A stretch of DNA of 64,000 nt from an uncultured Gammaproteobacteria bacterium (GTDB lineage: Bacteria > Patescibacteriota > Patescibacteriia > SBBC01 > CAIJZX01). Below are positions 9,001-16,660 of this stretch, piece by piece. Each line of letters opens with the position of its first letter. Within the stretch, counting starts at the first letter, position 1. The notes under the pieces were generated by a model. That model was not told where the DNA came from. It saw nothing but the letters and a program-made list of their open reading frames with translations, and did not search any database. The DNA lies in contig CAYNGY010000002.1 in the NCBI GenBank assembly GCA_964397195.1, positions 180,012-244,011 of the forward strand. Direction: 5' to 3'. A program made the position numbers and the translations under genes.

Positions 9001-11920
9001 GGCCACGGGCTCTGGATTTACGGTGACACCGGGCACGGGCGACATGAACGCAGTCACGTTCAGCGGTGATAGTGGTGGTAATGGTTCATGGACCATTACT
9101 GGGAGCGATCTGACCGTCGATGGTGCGTTAACGGTCAATACAGGCGATTCGTTGACGATTGATACAAGTCGGACACTGACCGCTTCCAGTAGTACCAATG
9201 TAAACAACGATGGGACTATCACCGGGGCTGGGGTGTTGAAGTTCCCAAGTGGTGCGGGCGGTCCTGACTCGGACGCAAATTCAACGGGCACGTATAGTTC
9301 GATCGTGCGCTATGATGCGACAAATGGCGATGTGGCGAGTACGACGATTGATGGTCGGACCTATAGTGGGCGCGTCGAACTTGTATCGACGTCATCAAGT
9401 AATCGCACCATCACCCTACCGAGCACTGCATTCACCGTATCCGGTGGAAGCTCACATTTTTATGTGCAAGCAAATGGGACTGGGGACCTGACCGCTGAAG
9501 CCGGAACGAACAATCCGACCATGACCGTCGGTGGGGCTTTGAAACTGAACGGGACCGGGGGCGGGAATGAAGTGTTGGCGATGGGTGACGGAACGTGGAC
9601 GGTGACGGGCGATGTGGACCTGGCACAAGGATTCACCGCACCGCACGTCGCTCAGCTCAACCCGGTTTGGGATAATTATGGCTATTCACAAGATGAATTT
9701 TTTGATGATGGCTTTGGAGGATGTAATTACGTCAATACAATCTATTCTTGCGGTACATCGAGTAGCACGACGATGGATACGGGCGATGATTTGACCACGA
9801 ATGGAGGTCAAACTTGTCCGAATCTAGGATCGAATTTCGACACACTCAACCGGGCGTATTTGAAGTACGATTTGTCGTCGATCAGTAACACCTATACGGT
9901 GACGGCCTTACAGCAACAAGTCTACGTTACGTCGGCTGGGTCGGGACCGACCATCGGGCGGGCGACGAGCGATACTCCAAACACGGCCGCTTGTGAGGAC
10001 TTATACAATGTTAGTGTGGCGACGCCGTATAATTCCTTCACCGACTGGGGGACTGGATCGAGGGTCGTTTCTCTGCCAACCTCGGGTGCTCAAGCCGCAC
10101 TTGGTACCACTGCGTTCTCGTTGGTCACATATAGCGGTACGCAGAGCATAATTAATTCAACCGACGCCGCGACGAATAAGCCGGTCTTGCGCATTGGATA
10201 TTATACGCCGTCGACATCACCAACCTTAATCATGAACGGGACAGGGGTGACGTTGACGGCGAACGGTGCCCAGCCGGCGAACTTCTATAATTTGACGCTC
10301 TCCGGGACGGTGACGGTCAACTTGACCACGACGGTGTACGTCTTCCACAACTTCGATTTGTCGGGAACGGTTACGAATAACACCGCCGCACTGGTCATGA
10401 CCGGTGTGGCCAGCGGCGCAACGTTATCTGGCCATGGCAATACCATCGGTAACATGAGCATCACTGATAATGGCAATGTGACCATGGATAGTAGTTTGAC
10501 GTTGTCGAGTGCGTTGGTGGTCTATTCGGGCGCGACGCTGACCCTAGCGTCAGGTCAGACACTGACTCACTCGGCGGGCACATTCATCCTCAACGGCACC
10601 ATTGCTGGTCCGGGATTGCTAACTATCACCAATAGCTCCTCGGGTCCCGGCTCGACGGGCACCCTGAATGCCCCCGTACAGTTTGATGCGACCGCGGGGA
10701 ATATTGCGACCACGACATTCGATGCCCGAACGTACAACGGTGCGGTTGAATTGTACTCGAACAGCGGCTCGGCCCGATCGATTACGGCGCCGACCTCCGG
10801 GACGTATTCCTTTGCATCGAGCGTCACGACTACGAGCGCGAATACTGGCGCGCTCACCTGGGATCTCGATAACACGACCGATCCAACCGTCACTATCACC
10901 GGCGCCACGTCGATTGGATCGAATACGACGCTCGAAGCTCCAAGCTCGACTACTCTGACGTTGAATGGGAATTATACAAACAGTGGCACGTTCACCGATG
11001 ATGCCGGCACGGTCGCCATTGGCGGCGGGAGCCCCCAAACACTCGGTGGTACGCTGAGTGGTAGTTCCGACTTTAATAACCTGACCATCACGAACACCAG
11101 TGGTAGCGAATCGGCACCCGGCGTGGTCTTTAGTGCCGCTGTGGCCGCGGCTGGGACGTTGACCGCGAACGCGAACACCAAGCTTCAATTCCTCGCCGGG
11201 ACGACATCGTCCGCGGCGGCTCTCGCCTTGAACGGTACGGTCGGGAATATGATCTATCTCCGTTCATCGTCGCCGGGCTCGTCGTGGAATTTCAATAAAA
11301 CATCCGGCGGAACGCCGACTATTACCTACACGAATATTCGCGATTCGTACGCCTGTGGTTCAAGTGGTGGGGAAATTGATGCGTCCGATGCGCCGAACGG
11401 CTCAAACGTTGATTATGCGAATAATACGTGTTGGCTCATCAATACCATCTCGCTCAGTATTTCTGATACGAGTGTCGGCTTCGGGAGTTGTCAGGCCGGT
11501 TCCGCACGCTACGCCACTGGCGATACACTTGGCGCCTCGAGTGATTCAACGGATGCCCATACCGTCAGCGTAACCACGAATGCGCGGAATGGATATACCC
11601 TGAGTGTACAAGGGGCGACGCTGACCTCGGGCGGCAATACGATTTCGGCGATTGGTGGATCGCCGGCCGCGTCCAACCCGGGCAGCGAACAGTTTGGTCT
11701 TCGGGCCATAAAAAATAGCGGCACCGGCACCATACAGAGTCCGTATAATTCGGCTAACTGGGGGTATAATGGGGTGTCCGCGGCTTCAACCATTGCCAGT
11801 CATACCGCCGGTGTTGCCTCGACCGTCTATGGTATTCGGTACATTTGTAATATCAACGCGTTGACTGAGGCGGGAAATTACTCGTCAAATTTGACCTACG
11901 TGCTGACCGGCCAGTTCTAA
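2..11920 (+). CDS. Giant surface adhesin (>3,970 aa, 5'-truncated by the window edge): autotransporter-type beta-strand repeats, long Gly/Thr/Ser/Asn-rich repeats, an inserted DNRLRE-like domain and a C-terminal WxL/Csu-pilin-like domain
   Basis: The frame of ORF 77..11920 is open back to base 2 (SAARIINSGGGTLTF...). It has repeated LTKxGxGTLxLxxxNTYTG-type motifs. The last ~157 aa align with the C-terminus of 13673..14728 and end in AGNYSSNLTYVLTGQF. No C-terminal beta-barrel is visible. Confidence 0.85.
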   Translation, partial: SAARIINSGGGTLTFSGAPSGAFNFVVGGSGNTTFSTAFPNAAATITKWGAGTMTITGTNLNTGLVQVNAGTLKYAATTTLAAPNLIVNGGTFDFNGNTDTIGTVTMRSGTITDSNGTPGALTGATAYELYSGTISGVLTGGGVPLNKRTGGTVTVTKSQSYTNLTTVLAGTLQYGASNIIADAAAITVNGGTLDVQSYADTLATVTLTNGYIIGGGTLTGSAYNVMSGSISAILAGAVNLTKTTGGTVTLSGTNTFSGITTISGGTLSVGSIGNGLSAGNLGAASNAAANIVFNTGTGTLAYTGGSASTDRNITTTTGITMQIDVTNPAAVLTWSGATTATTAPYTKIGPGTLILSGSNLHTGLNTVLAGTLKLGAANVLVTGGLTVTNGTFDLNNFSDSLGAITISKDGQIIDSVGTTAILTTSAAGVYQSGTISARITGSSASAFTKSTSDRVILSGNNTHTSTAVTLSAGALNLQHSNALGISTTALLVTETSGAVVEVQNTVTIPSNKTFNISGTGVNLGGAIENVADSNTLQGTITLGASNTRINSNLGTLTISGNIAGNALNVVYGGAGNIAQNGTIGTTSGTLTKDGTGILYLPNANTYTGLTTINAGIIDIQNATSLGTTANGTVVNSGATLRSSVFVTVGVEALTLNGTGVSNVGALQSYVEAVTWQGAVTLASNASIGVNDSPASITGTIIGSGSNGLTKVGSGSLTVSTTTLGGDLTISAGTLVASGSSVISVGGSWSNSGTFTANSSTVSLTSTTSATITGNTTFNNFSVTGIGAAKTISFVHGSTTTVSGTWTVNGGAVGTRIVLTRDNTSNWNVNPATAALDYVDISYVTNQGSYFCATHSVTANGGNANIGVTSGTACGVTVSGFIYTNDASSALNCTVGGTRTVAVKVNGSGSFTGACSSSSGDFTVSAVPITAAGDVLTVFISGATEKAATVTIAADNTSDITNIPLRVSRLVVTHESAGPITNHATTGIGRYDKDDDATNLFFTANSNNLVVDAGYKLMVNSGKTYTPGGNVTTGPSTNAATVDGDVNIPATSTLNLGTNTLSVGGHLVNAGTLNSSAGSAIVFTSTASGTMTITGGGATIYDLTLNNASGHWTNSGNITINGNFNLTAGEFIQANSTTITVNGTGFTLASGSTWTKATSGGNLILENGSNLSFTDNTSPKQNLGAVQIGASPGTTTLTTDMSATSVTIPNGDTFNTKGYDVTTTDFFDCQGTCILNLTDTGPSNEGDGTVLDVGGDFSMSDTATFTAATSILFMNSTAAANSNRTWITGGKTYNHVELKNAGTSLSTIEPSGDVDVNGDFTITDGYVDFGANPPVTVTTAGNVTIVVGATVVAPDSWTFDGSGTKTWTDGTSGGGQNLGAVAINGSSKTVNLGSDAKATTVTIAGSQTLGLASSGYTLTITGSGTAGSRPFQNNGTLNEGTDSTVKYTGTATTDLFDETYYHLTLAPASGSPTFNMGPDGVSGFTVTGTLTVGDATHAVTLDTNFDDQQYLNDVVIANAATWNTNAVNGQSMSGSLVMNGTLTINDVLGFTAATLGHTISGSTLNSTGALTAVVFDGVGGGWTIQNDTAFSSFNIIGGSVIQGPNVNITVDGAWAMASGTTFTKASGSGTVTFIGTSATTFTDSTASKQNIGDVFITKTHGTPSNNKVTLASSMLADTVTVSASNTLDLASGGYTLTVANVGSSADPLTVTGTLTASGSSTVALTATNSGGSVNIPTTTYYALGLGTTADSTAETYVLSGNTTVSTVLTVGNASSGAADAFDASSRTLTLPGGGTPFVLTSQGTFTASSSTVNYTGGPSTVTVVGATYNNLGVGTTVDITTGVIYQLAANTTVSGVLTVGNTGSTNIDTLDGSSRTLTLSGSGTPFVLTSKGAFALGTSTVLYSGTSATTIAATQYYSLTTGVNDGNTVTYTLDTTAVSNTCATGSTGTYTQACGGTLAITTGDTLTITGVNLSLSAGGTLVLDGTMDGTGTFTYFSTTEFPSSGTVSVATIYMNLYYNDVTLSPRTYGGDVLAISFTGSNRTLYFGAVSEAGSLTIGGSKRLLLYAQSTGNITLDNTRNNWNVTIGTDLQTPGSGGGTETILAGSGTWTASGNVTFTNGIFTAGSSTLTMNGTSKTLTSAGNALNNFNQTGGTVTMSGATTVNNNFTITSGTLTAPSAANLSVGGDFNNAGTFTHNSGTVIMTGTSKNITGGSATTFNNLQISGTTGIDAAGSDATVAGTLTVDSSKILTINTGRVVTHTGTTDVANSGTIQGAGTLRFTSSSTGGPGTGGAINSIVRFDASGASIPTAVVDARTYGGDLEYYSNVAAVRTITPASTTHTVSGNLKIITGASQTSSFTVAANTNNPTFTIAGNLSYTKGASATPAVTSGSGTWTVSGDATFTNGTYTPSTNNTFVMDGSGKTVASTVSFYKFTSNGTITSTGNVSVANILTLQSGKSLTVSGTLNCSNASTIVMTGATLDGAGTLIYQKGGTGFPTDGTLNIATTMFAPTTGAVTIPSRTYGGSVVCEDGLSATTCTLTGTPIITGNLSLYDVSLGASFDGTPTSVTIGGNFSGINNGGGNGLTMAGTWTVSGDFDMSSLSSFSAGTSSLVMNGATKTLTTNGNSLYDFSVSGGSVSVAGTNATVSHDLTVSSGVLTAPTGTLSVGRNFAHSGGTFTHNNGTVALTTSTAAAVSGSTTFKNLSVTGIGAAKTITFTASSTQTVTGTWTVTGASGQIVTLQSSSSPTKWNINPTAASVSYAAVTDSDNQGVSFCATFSTGSSNTGWSIGAGASCGITVSGTVYQSSNEGSGYGCNSDNLTMYVAVNGDVTPDSGLCNSAGGTFTITGVTDPGAANIPIAVYIDTGESVKGTTVTLSSASGADISGLSLMLDRLVVSQQSGTATTNSHLNTADNGNAGIRYAVSGGALTVDAGMELHVLSGKTFTPGGAVTTTATGTAAGAAGDVHIAGTLTMGTNALNVGGDYTNAGTFNKTNTQTTTFAATGSGFTVTPGTGDMNAVTFSGDSGGNGSWTITGSDLTVDGALTVNTGDSLTIDTSRTLTASSSTNVNNDGTITGAGVLKFPSGAGGPDSDANSTGTYSSIVRYDATNGDVASTTIDGRTYSGRVELVSTSSSNRTITLPSTAFTVSGGSSHFYVQANGTGDLTAEAGTNNPTMTVGGALKLNGTGGGNEVLAMGDGTWTVTGDVDLAQGFTAPHVAQLNPVWDNYGYSQDEFFDDGFGGCNYVNTIYSCGTSSSTTMDTGDDLTTNGGQTCPNLGSNFDTLNRAYLKYDLSSISNTYTVTALQQQVYVTSAGSGPTIGRATSDTPNTAACEDLYNVSVATPYNSFTDWGTGSRVVSLPTSGAQAALGTTAFSLVTYSGTQSIINSTDAATNKPVLRIGYYTPSTSPTLIMNGTGVTLTANGAQPANFYNLTLSGTVTVNLTTTVYVFHNFDLSGTVTNNTAALVMTGVASGATLSGHGNTIGNMSITDNGNVTMDSSLTLSSALVVYSGATLTLASGQTLTHSAGTFILNGTIAGPGLLTITNSSSGPGSTGTLNAPVQFDATAGNIATTTFDARTYNGAVELYSNSGSARSITAPTSGTYSFASSVTTTSANTGALTWDLDNTTDPTVTITGATSIGSNTTLEAPSSTTLTLNGNYTNSGTFTDDAGTVAIGGGSPQTLGGTLSGSSDFNNLTITNTSGSESAPGVVFSAAVAAAGTLTANANTKLQFLAGTTSSAAALALNGTVGNMIYLRSSSPGSSWNFNKTSGGTPTITYTNIRDSYACGSSGGEIDASDAPNGSNVDYANNTCWLINTISLSISDTSVGFGSCQAGSARYATGDTLGASSDSTDAHTVSVTTNARNGYTLSVQGATLTSGGNTISAIGGSPAASNPGSEQFGLRAIKNSGTGTIQSPYNSANWGYNGVSAASTIASHTAGVASTVYGIRYICNINALTEAGNYSSNLTYVLTGQF

Positions 11921-11956
11921 TATCGTTGACAGCTATAGGAAAAGGGGGTAAGAACC

Positions 11957-13552
11957 ATGCGTATGAAGCATTTGTGGTCGCGTCGACGAGTCATCTCTTG
12001 GGCATCCCGTGGCCTTTTTTGTGGGCTGTTGATGGTGATGTTTTTTTCTGGGGCACAGGTAGTGCAGGCCCAAATGACCTTGATCGACGAGGCTGACGAC
12101 GGCGTCTTGGTCAGTGGCGGCATCACCTTCGATCTTCGTCAGTACCGATTCTGTCGCGACCCGATCACTTGTGAACTTCCGGATCGGCTTTCGAACATCG
12201 ATCTCTTCCTGCGCCGACACAAAGTTGGTCTGTATACACCTGATGCCCGTCCATTAGAGCCGGCGGCGGAAGTGGTGCGATTAAATATCGTCCCGCAGGC
12301 ACTCGGATATCTGAATTTGTACCAGACAACTCATGTGTGGCGATACCGTCAGGAAGCTGTCGATCGTTTGCAGTATCTTCTACACATTGGACCAGATGTC
12401 TACGGTCGGGGCGTGCGCTCCGGGATGACTGGGTACGCATTTCTCATGGGGTATCGGTATACCGGAAACGCGGCTTACAAAAAAGCGGCCCAGCGTATCG
12501 CTGAAGAGTGTCTGACACAGCCGCTCGGGGATCGATGGATGAATGGGGGATTGATGTGTGGGTTTCACTTAGCGGGCATGTATCGACTGACCGGGGACGT
12601 TCGGTATCAAACGGAGGCTCGTAAGATTGTCGAGCGAACGTCAGTTTGGCAGTACCCAAATGGCGCTTGGCCACATCAGCCCCATCCGGATGGCGGAAAT
12701 ACGAGCTATACGGCGTGGATGGTGACCGAGCTATTATTGATGCATGAGGATGATCCCGGGTACGAGCTTGGTGATTTATTGCTGGCAAAATCCATCAACT
12801 TTTTGGCGCAACGTGTAAACACCGACGGGAGTTTGAATTATAGTGATGCCGCCGGTGACTACTACCTTGATCCGGGCGGCTTGGAATCACGTTTCTGGAC
12901 CGGAGAACTAGCCAATATTGCCCTCGATTTGTCGGCTGGTGGTCGTCGCGATGCCGCGAACAAGGTTTTGCGAACACTCTTTTCCTATGAAATGACAGGG
13001 AAAAATCGTGGCGGATACCCGGATAAATACAATCTATCGAACACGACGACTATTTGGGAAACAGGGAGCCCCTCAGTTGTTCGGACGTCGATGATATTTT
13101 GGTATCTGTCGATGATTGATCAATTCGATCGCCCGTGCCGGTCTGGCGGCACGCCGACGTGTACTATTTCGTCGCCATCGTGTAGTCCGTTGTATTCCGG
13201 TATGGGTCAATGTCCGCAAGGGATAACAGGGAACCGTACCTGCCTCGCTGGTACTTACACGTCGTGTTTTGAACTAGCTACGACTCAGCTTTCTGAGCCG
13301 CTCATTTGCCAGGTCGATTCGTATTGTGAGAATGATCGTCAGTGGGGAGCGTGTTATTATACGTGTTATCGATCTGGGAAACAGCTCTGTCTGAATGGGG
13401 TTTGTGCAGGGATCTGCTACGCGGTACAGGAAGGGGAGGTGCAATGCGATTCTGAGTGTTACCAAGATCAGTCCTGTCCGGCTGGGGCGGACGCTCTACC
13501 GCCTGGACTGTCCGTGGACGACCAGAAGTTGCGGCGCCAGCCTTCCCGATAG
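11957..13552 (+). CDS. Secreted protein, probable (alpha/alpha)-barrel (glycoside hydrolase/epimerase/prenyltransferase-like) domain plus Cys-rich C-terminal tail
   Basis: Signal peptide ending AQA. Helical repeats 'YRYTGNAAYKKAA', 'YRLTGDVRYQTEA', 'WQYPNGAW'. 16 Cys in the last ~135 aa. Confidence 0.5.
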   Translation: MRMKHLWSRRRVISWASRGLFCGLLMVMFFSGAQVVQAQMTLIDEADDGVLVSGGITFDLRQYRFCRDPITCELPDRLSNIDLFLRRHKVGLYTPDARPLEPAAEVVRLNIVPQALGYLNLYQTTHVWRYRQEAVDRLQYLLHIGPDVYGRGVRSGMTGYAFLMGYRYTGNAAYKKAAQRIAEECLTQPLGDRWMNGGLMCGFHLAGMYRLTGDVRYQTEARKIVERTSVWQYPNGAWPHQPHPDGGNTSYTAWMVTELLLMHEDDPGYELGDLLLAKSINFLAQRVNTDGSLNYSDAAGDYYLDPGGLESRFWTGELANIALDLSAGGRRDAANKVLRTLFSYEMTGKNRGGYPDKYNLSNTTTIWETGSPSVVRTSMIFWYLSMIDQFDRPCRSGGTPTCTISSPSCSPLYSGMGQCPQGITGNRTCLAGTYTSCFELATTQLSEPLICQVDSYCENDRQWGACYYTCYRSGKQLCLNGVCAGICYAVQEGEVQCDSECYQDQSCPAGADALPPGLSVDDQKLRRQPSR

Positions 13553-13592
13553 CGATCCGTAGTCAGATTAGGTGGGTGGCGGTGTCCCTATT

Positions 13593-13621
13593 TTGACCGA
13601 GTTGTAAAAATGTGCTACAAT
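13593..13621 (+). promoter_or_regulatory. Sigma70-type promoter for the surface-structure operon
   Basis: TTGACC-17 bp-TACAAT with an extended TG, ~50 nt upstream of ATG 13673. Confidence 0.6.
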
Positions 13622-13672
13622 AAGGTGAGTAAATATCAAATAGTAGCCTCTTGGCTAAGGTTGGCCAAATAT

Positions 13673-14728
13673 ATGATTAAAAGACATTCCGTTCGTTCCC
13701 TTTCCCGTCGTAGCGCCGCGCTATTAGCCATTTTTGGCTTGATGGTAGGGATGAATATCGGGTCAATTCAGGAGGCCACAGCGGCCCAGATTACTCCGGC
13801 GAAGGTGACCATGTCCAACCTTAACGCGAGTGGTACTGGTACCTTGGCTTTTGCCTTTACCACCATCACCTCGTTATCGGCGACCAATACCATTAAATTA
13901 CAGTTTGATCCAACGGGAGATCTCTTTACACTGGCATCCGTAGCCGATACGGATTTTTCAGCCGTCTCTGGAATGACGATTGTTAATGCTTGTGGTGGCG
14001 GGTCTGATGAAGTAACGGTGACGTCGGATACGTCGGCGCCTGATGAGAGCTATACGTTGACGGTTTGTTCGGGTGATACCGTTGGTGCCGGAGCCAAGGC
14101 ATTTACGATCGCCACCGCGAAAGTGACGAATCCAGCAACACCAGCCGCGTATAAGATCGCCATTACTACCACATCAGACTCGGCGACGATCGCCATTCCG
14201 GTCATTACCAATGATGTGGTCAATGTGTCGGCGACTGTCGACCCATCCATTACGTTCAGCATTTCTGATGTGACCGTTGGGTTCGGAACGTTGGCTTCGG
14301 GTGCTGTCCGCTACGCCACCGGTGATACGCTCGGTGGGACGACCGAAACGACCGCTGCGCACACGATGTCGGCCGGGACAAACGCCGTGTCGGGGTTAGC
14401 GGTCACTTACTCTGGCGGCCTGCTCACGAGCGGTGGTAATACGATCAGTGCGGCAACGAGCGTCACCCCGCCGGGGAACACCGCGGCCGAGCAGTTTGCT
14501 ATTGCAGTTGACGATAATGGAACGGCCTTTACGATTGCCGCGGGCTACGATCAGGCGACACCGATCTATTCGTACGTCGGTACGGGCACGACGACGGCAT
14601 TATTTTCGTCGGCGGGGCCGCTGTCCTCGACCAACGTTGATGTTCATTATCTGGCGAACATTGCCGCCAATACCGAAGCCGGTAACTACTCGACCAACAT
14701 CACCTACATCGCTACGGCTACTTACTAG
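13673..14728 (+). CDS. Secreted WxL/Csu-pilin-like surface protein (putative major subunit)
   Basis: Signal peptide ending ATAA. The C-terminal domain (ISDVTVGFG...RYATGDTLG...TSGGNTISA...EQF...EAGNYSTNITY) is paralogous to the adhesin C-terminus. ATG 13673 is preferred because the upstream in-frame start overlaps the promoter. Confidence 0.7.
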   Translation: MIKRHSVRSLSRRSAALLAIFGLMVGMNIGSIQEATAAQITPAKVTMSNLNASGTGTLAFAFTTITSLSATNTIKLQFDPTGDLFTLASVADTDFSAVSGMTIVNACGGGSDEVTVTSDTSAPDESYTLTVCSGDTVGAGAKAFTIATAKVTNPATPAAYKIAITTTSDSATIAIPVITNDVVNVSATVDPSITFSISDVTVGFGTLASGAVRYATGDTLGGTTETTAAHTMSAGTNAVSGLAVTYSGGLLTSGGNTISAATSVTPPGNTAAEQFAIAVDDNGTAFTIAAGYDQATPIYSYVGTGTTTALFSSAGPLSSTNVDVHYLANIAANTEAGNYSTNITYIATATY

Positions 14729-14758
14729 GTCGGCAGCAGCGGTACTGGATTTACGTCC

Positions 14759-15784
14759 ATGTCAAAACAAATAGCACGTTCCCTCCTGATTGCCGCGGTT
14801 GTCCTCGCTGGACTGTCGGTTCACCATTCAGCGCAGGCGCTATCCTTAGTGCCACCGAGTTTGGAGTATAGCGTTAAGCCGGGAGATGTTGTTGCCGATC
14901 AGGTAAAGCTCTATAACGAACAGGATCAGTCCATGACGGTCACACCGTCGTCGGCGAATTTTGGTGCAAAAGACGAAACCGGCCAGCCGGACTTTACCTT
15001 TGATGCGCCATCGGCCGATTTGGCGTCGTGGATTACGCTTGATACATCGCCTCTGACGATTAAACCGAGCGATCGTGCCACAATTGCCTTCACCATCACG
15101 GTGCCAAAGAATGCCGAACCGGGCGGGCACTATGCCGGAATTTTCTTTGCCACCGGTGCGCCAAAAGAGGGACAGGTCGCGGTTCAATCAAAAATTGGGA
15201 CGTTGATTATTCTCAGTGTGGCAGGGAATGAGAAAGAATTAGCGTCGATTGTCGAAACCGGTGTCAATAATGCACAAAAAACACTTAGTCGCTTGCCGGT
15301 ATCATTTTTCGCGAGAATTCGGAATACCGGAAATGTCCATGTTCGCCCCGAGGGATCGGTGACGATTAAGAATATGTTCGGGCGAGTTTCGGCCGTGATT
15401 CCGGTGAACGATGTGCGCGGCGCGGTGTTACCGAAGAGTATTCGTCGTTTTGAGATGAGCTGGTCGAAAGGTGCGGATGTCTGTGATCAAGAACCCGATG
15501 GGACCTCAAAGCCGTGCGGTTTTTTTCAGCAAGTTGGCGCGGAGTGGCGGAACTTCGGATTTGGCACATACACTGCCTCGTTTGATCTGACCTATGGGAA
15601 AACATCGAAGGCGCTGAGTGACAGCGTTTCCTTCATGATCATTCCGTGGCGACTCTTGTTAGTTGAGTTTCTGGCCTTGGTGTTGCTAGTCGTGGTGTTC
15701 CTGTTTGGCATTCGTCGTTATAATCGCGCGATCATCCGGAGCGCGCAATCAAGGAAGAACATCCCGCCGGTTAAGCGCATGTAG
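14759..15784 (+). CDS. DUF916/DUF3324-like (WxL-interacting, chaperone-like) membrane-anchored protein
   Basis: Signal peptide. Motifs 'SWI...TIKP...FTITVPKNAEPGGHYAGIFF' and 'NTGNVHVRPEG'. C-terminal TM helix with a basic tail. Confidence 0.75.
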   Translation: MSKQIARSLLIAAVVLAGLSVHHSAQALSLVPPSLEYSVKPGDVVADQVKLYNEQDQSMTVTPSSANFGAKDETGQPDFTFDAPSADLASWITLDTSPLTIKPSDRATIAFTITVPKNAEPGGHYAGIFFATGAPKEGQVAVQSKIGTLIILSVAGNEKELASIVETGVNNAQKTLSRLPVSFFARIRNTGNVHVRPEGSVTIKNMFGRVSAVIPVNDVRGAVLPKSIRRFEMSWSKGADVCDQEPDGTSKPCGFFQQVGAEWRNFGFGTYTASFDLTYGKTSKALSDSVSFMIIPWRLLLVEFLALVLLVVVFLFGIRRYNRAIIRSAQSRKNIPPVKRM

Positions 15785-15787
15785 CCC

Positions 15788-16660
15788 ATGTTCGGCTCTT
15801 GGGCGCAGTTTGTTCATCGGGCGCTCCTCGGGAGCGTCGCTTTGGTTTTAGGGATGTGGCCGTATTCGGTGGCGGCGCAAACCGTGACCGGCTCGGCGTC
15901 GGTTGGAGTGAGTGCAGTCGTAATCGACCAGAACGTCGTGCCAACAAACCCGAGCGTCGAGTTTCATGGTGTTGTTTCGCCCAACGCGACGGTCACCATT
16001 TCTCGGGACGGGACGGTCGTGTCGTCACAGCTTGCTTCCAGCACAGCTGATTTTGTCGCCGTGTTGCTCGACCAGCCGGCTGGACCGCAAAACTATCTCA
16101 TCTCTGCGGTTGATACGAGCGGCGCGGCCTTAGCGCCGATCTCGTTTTCGCTAACGCTGGTGGTCAATACGAATACCATCATCACCGGCGTTTTCTTGGG
16201 TCCGTCAATTCGGATTGATAAATCAGCCGTCAAACTCGGCCAATATGTCACCGTAGCTGGTATGACCGCTCCGAGCAGTGATGTGAGCGTTACCATCCAT
16301 TCGACCCAGGCTAAGAGTTTTACGGTCACGGCCGACGGATCCGGGCGGTGGTCGAAGTTGGTGAACACGGATGATGTGGGTGTTGGAACGCATACCGCCC
16401 AAGCACGGGCCGTGCTCGGTGGGAGTCAAATTTCAGCGGTGAGCGCAGTAGTGTCGTTCGCGGTTAATCCGCTCGAACAGTGTGATGGAAAAAAGACGGC
16501 CGATGTGAATTGTGATGGACATGTCGATTTAACTGACTTTAGTATCTTGCTGTATTTCTGGCAACAGACAAATCCACGGAATAGTCGGGTCGATATTAAC
16601 GCCGATGGCCGGGTTGATGTGATTGATTTTAGTATCATGCTCTACCAATGGACAAATTAA
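15788..16660 (+). CDS. Secreted Ig-like protein with C-terminal dockerin domain
   Basis: Duplicated Ca-binding loop-helix motifs DVNCDGHVDLTDFSILL and DINADGRVDVIDFSIML. Signal peptide present. Confidence 0.8.
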   Translation: MFGSWAQFVHRALLGSVALVLGMWPYSVAAQTVTGSASVGVSAVVIDQNVVPTNPSVEFHGVVSPNATVTISRDGTVVSSQLASSTADFVAVLLDQPAGPQNYLISAVDTSGAALAPISFSLTLVVNTNTIITGVFLGPSIRIDKSAVKLGQYVTVAGMTAPSSDVSVTIHSTQAKSFTVTADGSGRWSKLVNTDDVGVGTHTAQARAVLGGSQISAVSAVVSFAVNPLEQCDGKKTADVNCDGHVDLTDFSILLYFWQQTNPRNSRVDINADGRVDVIDFSIMLYQWTN

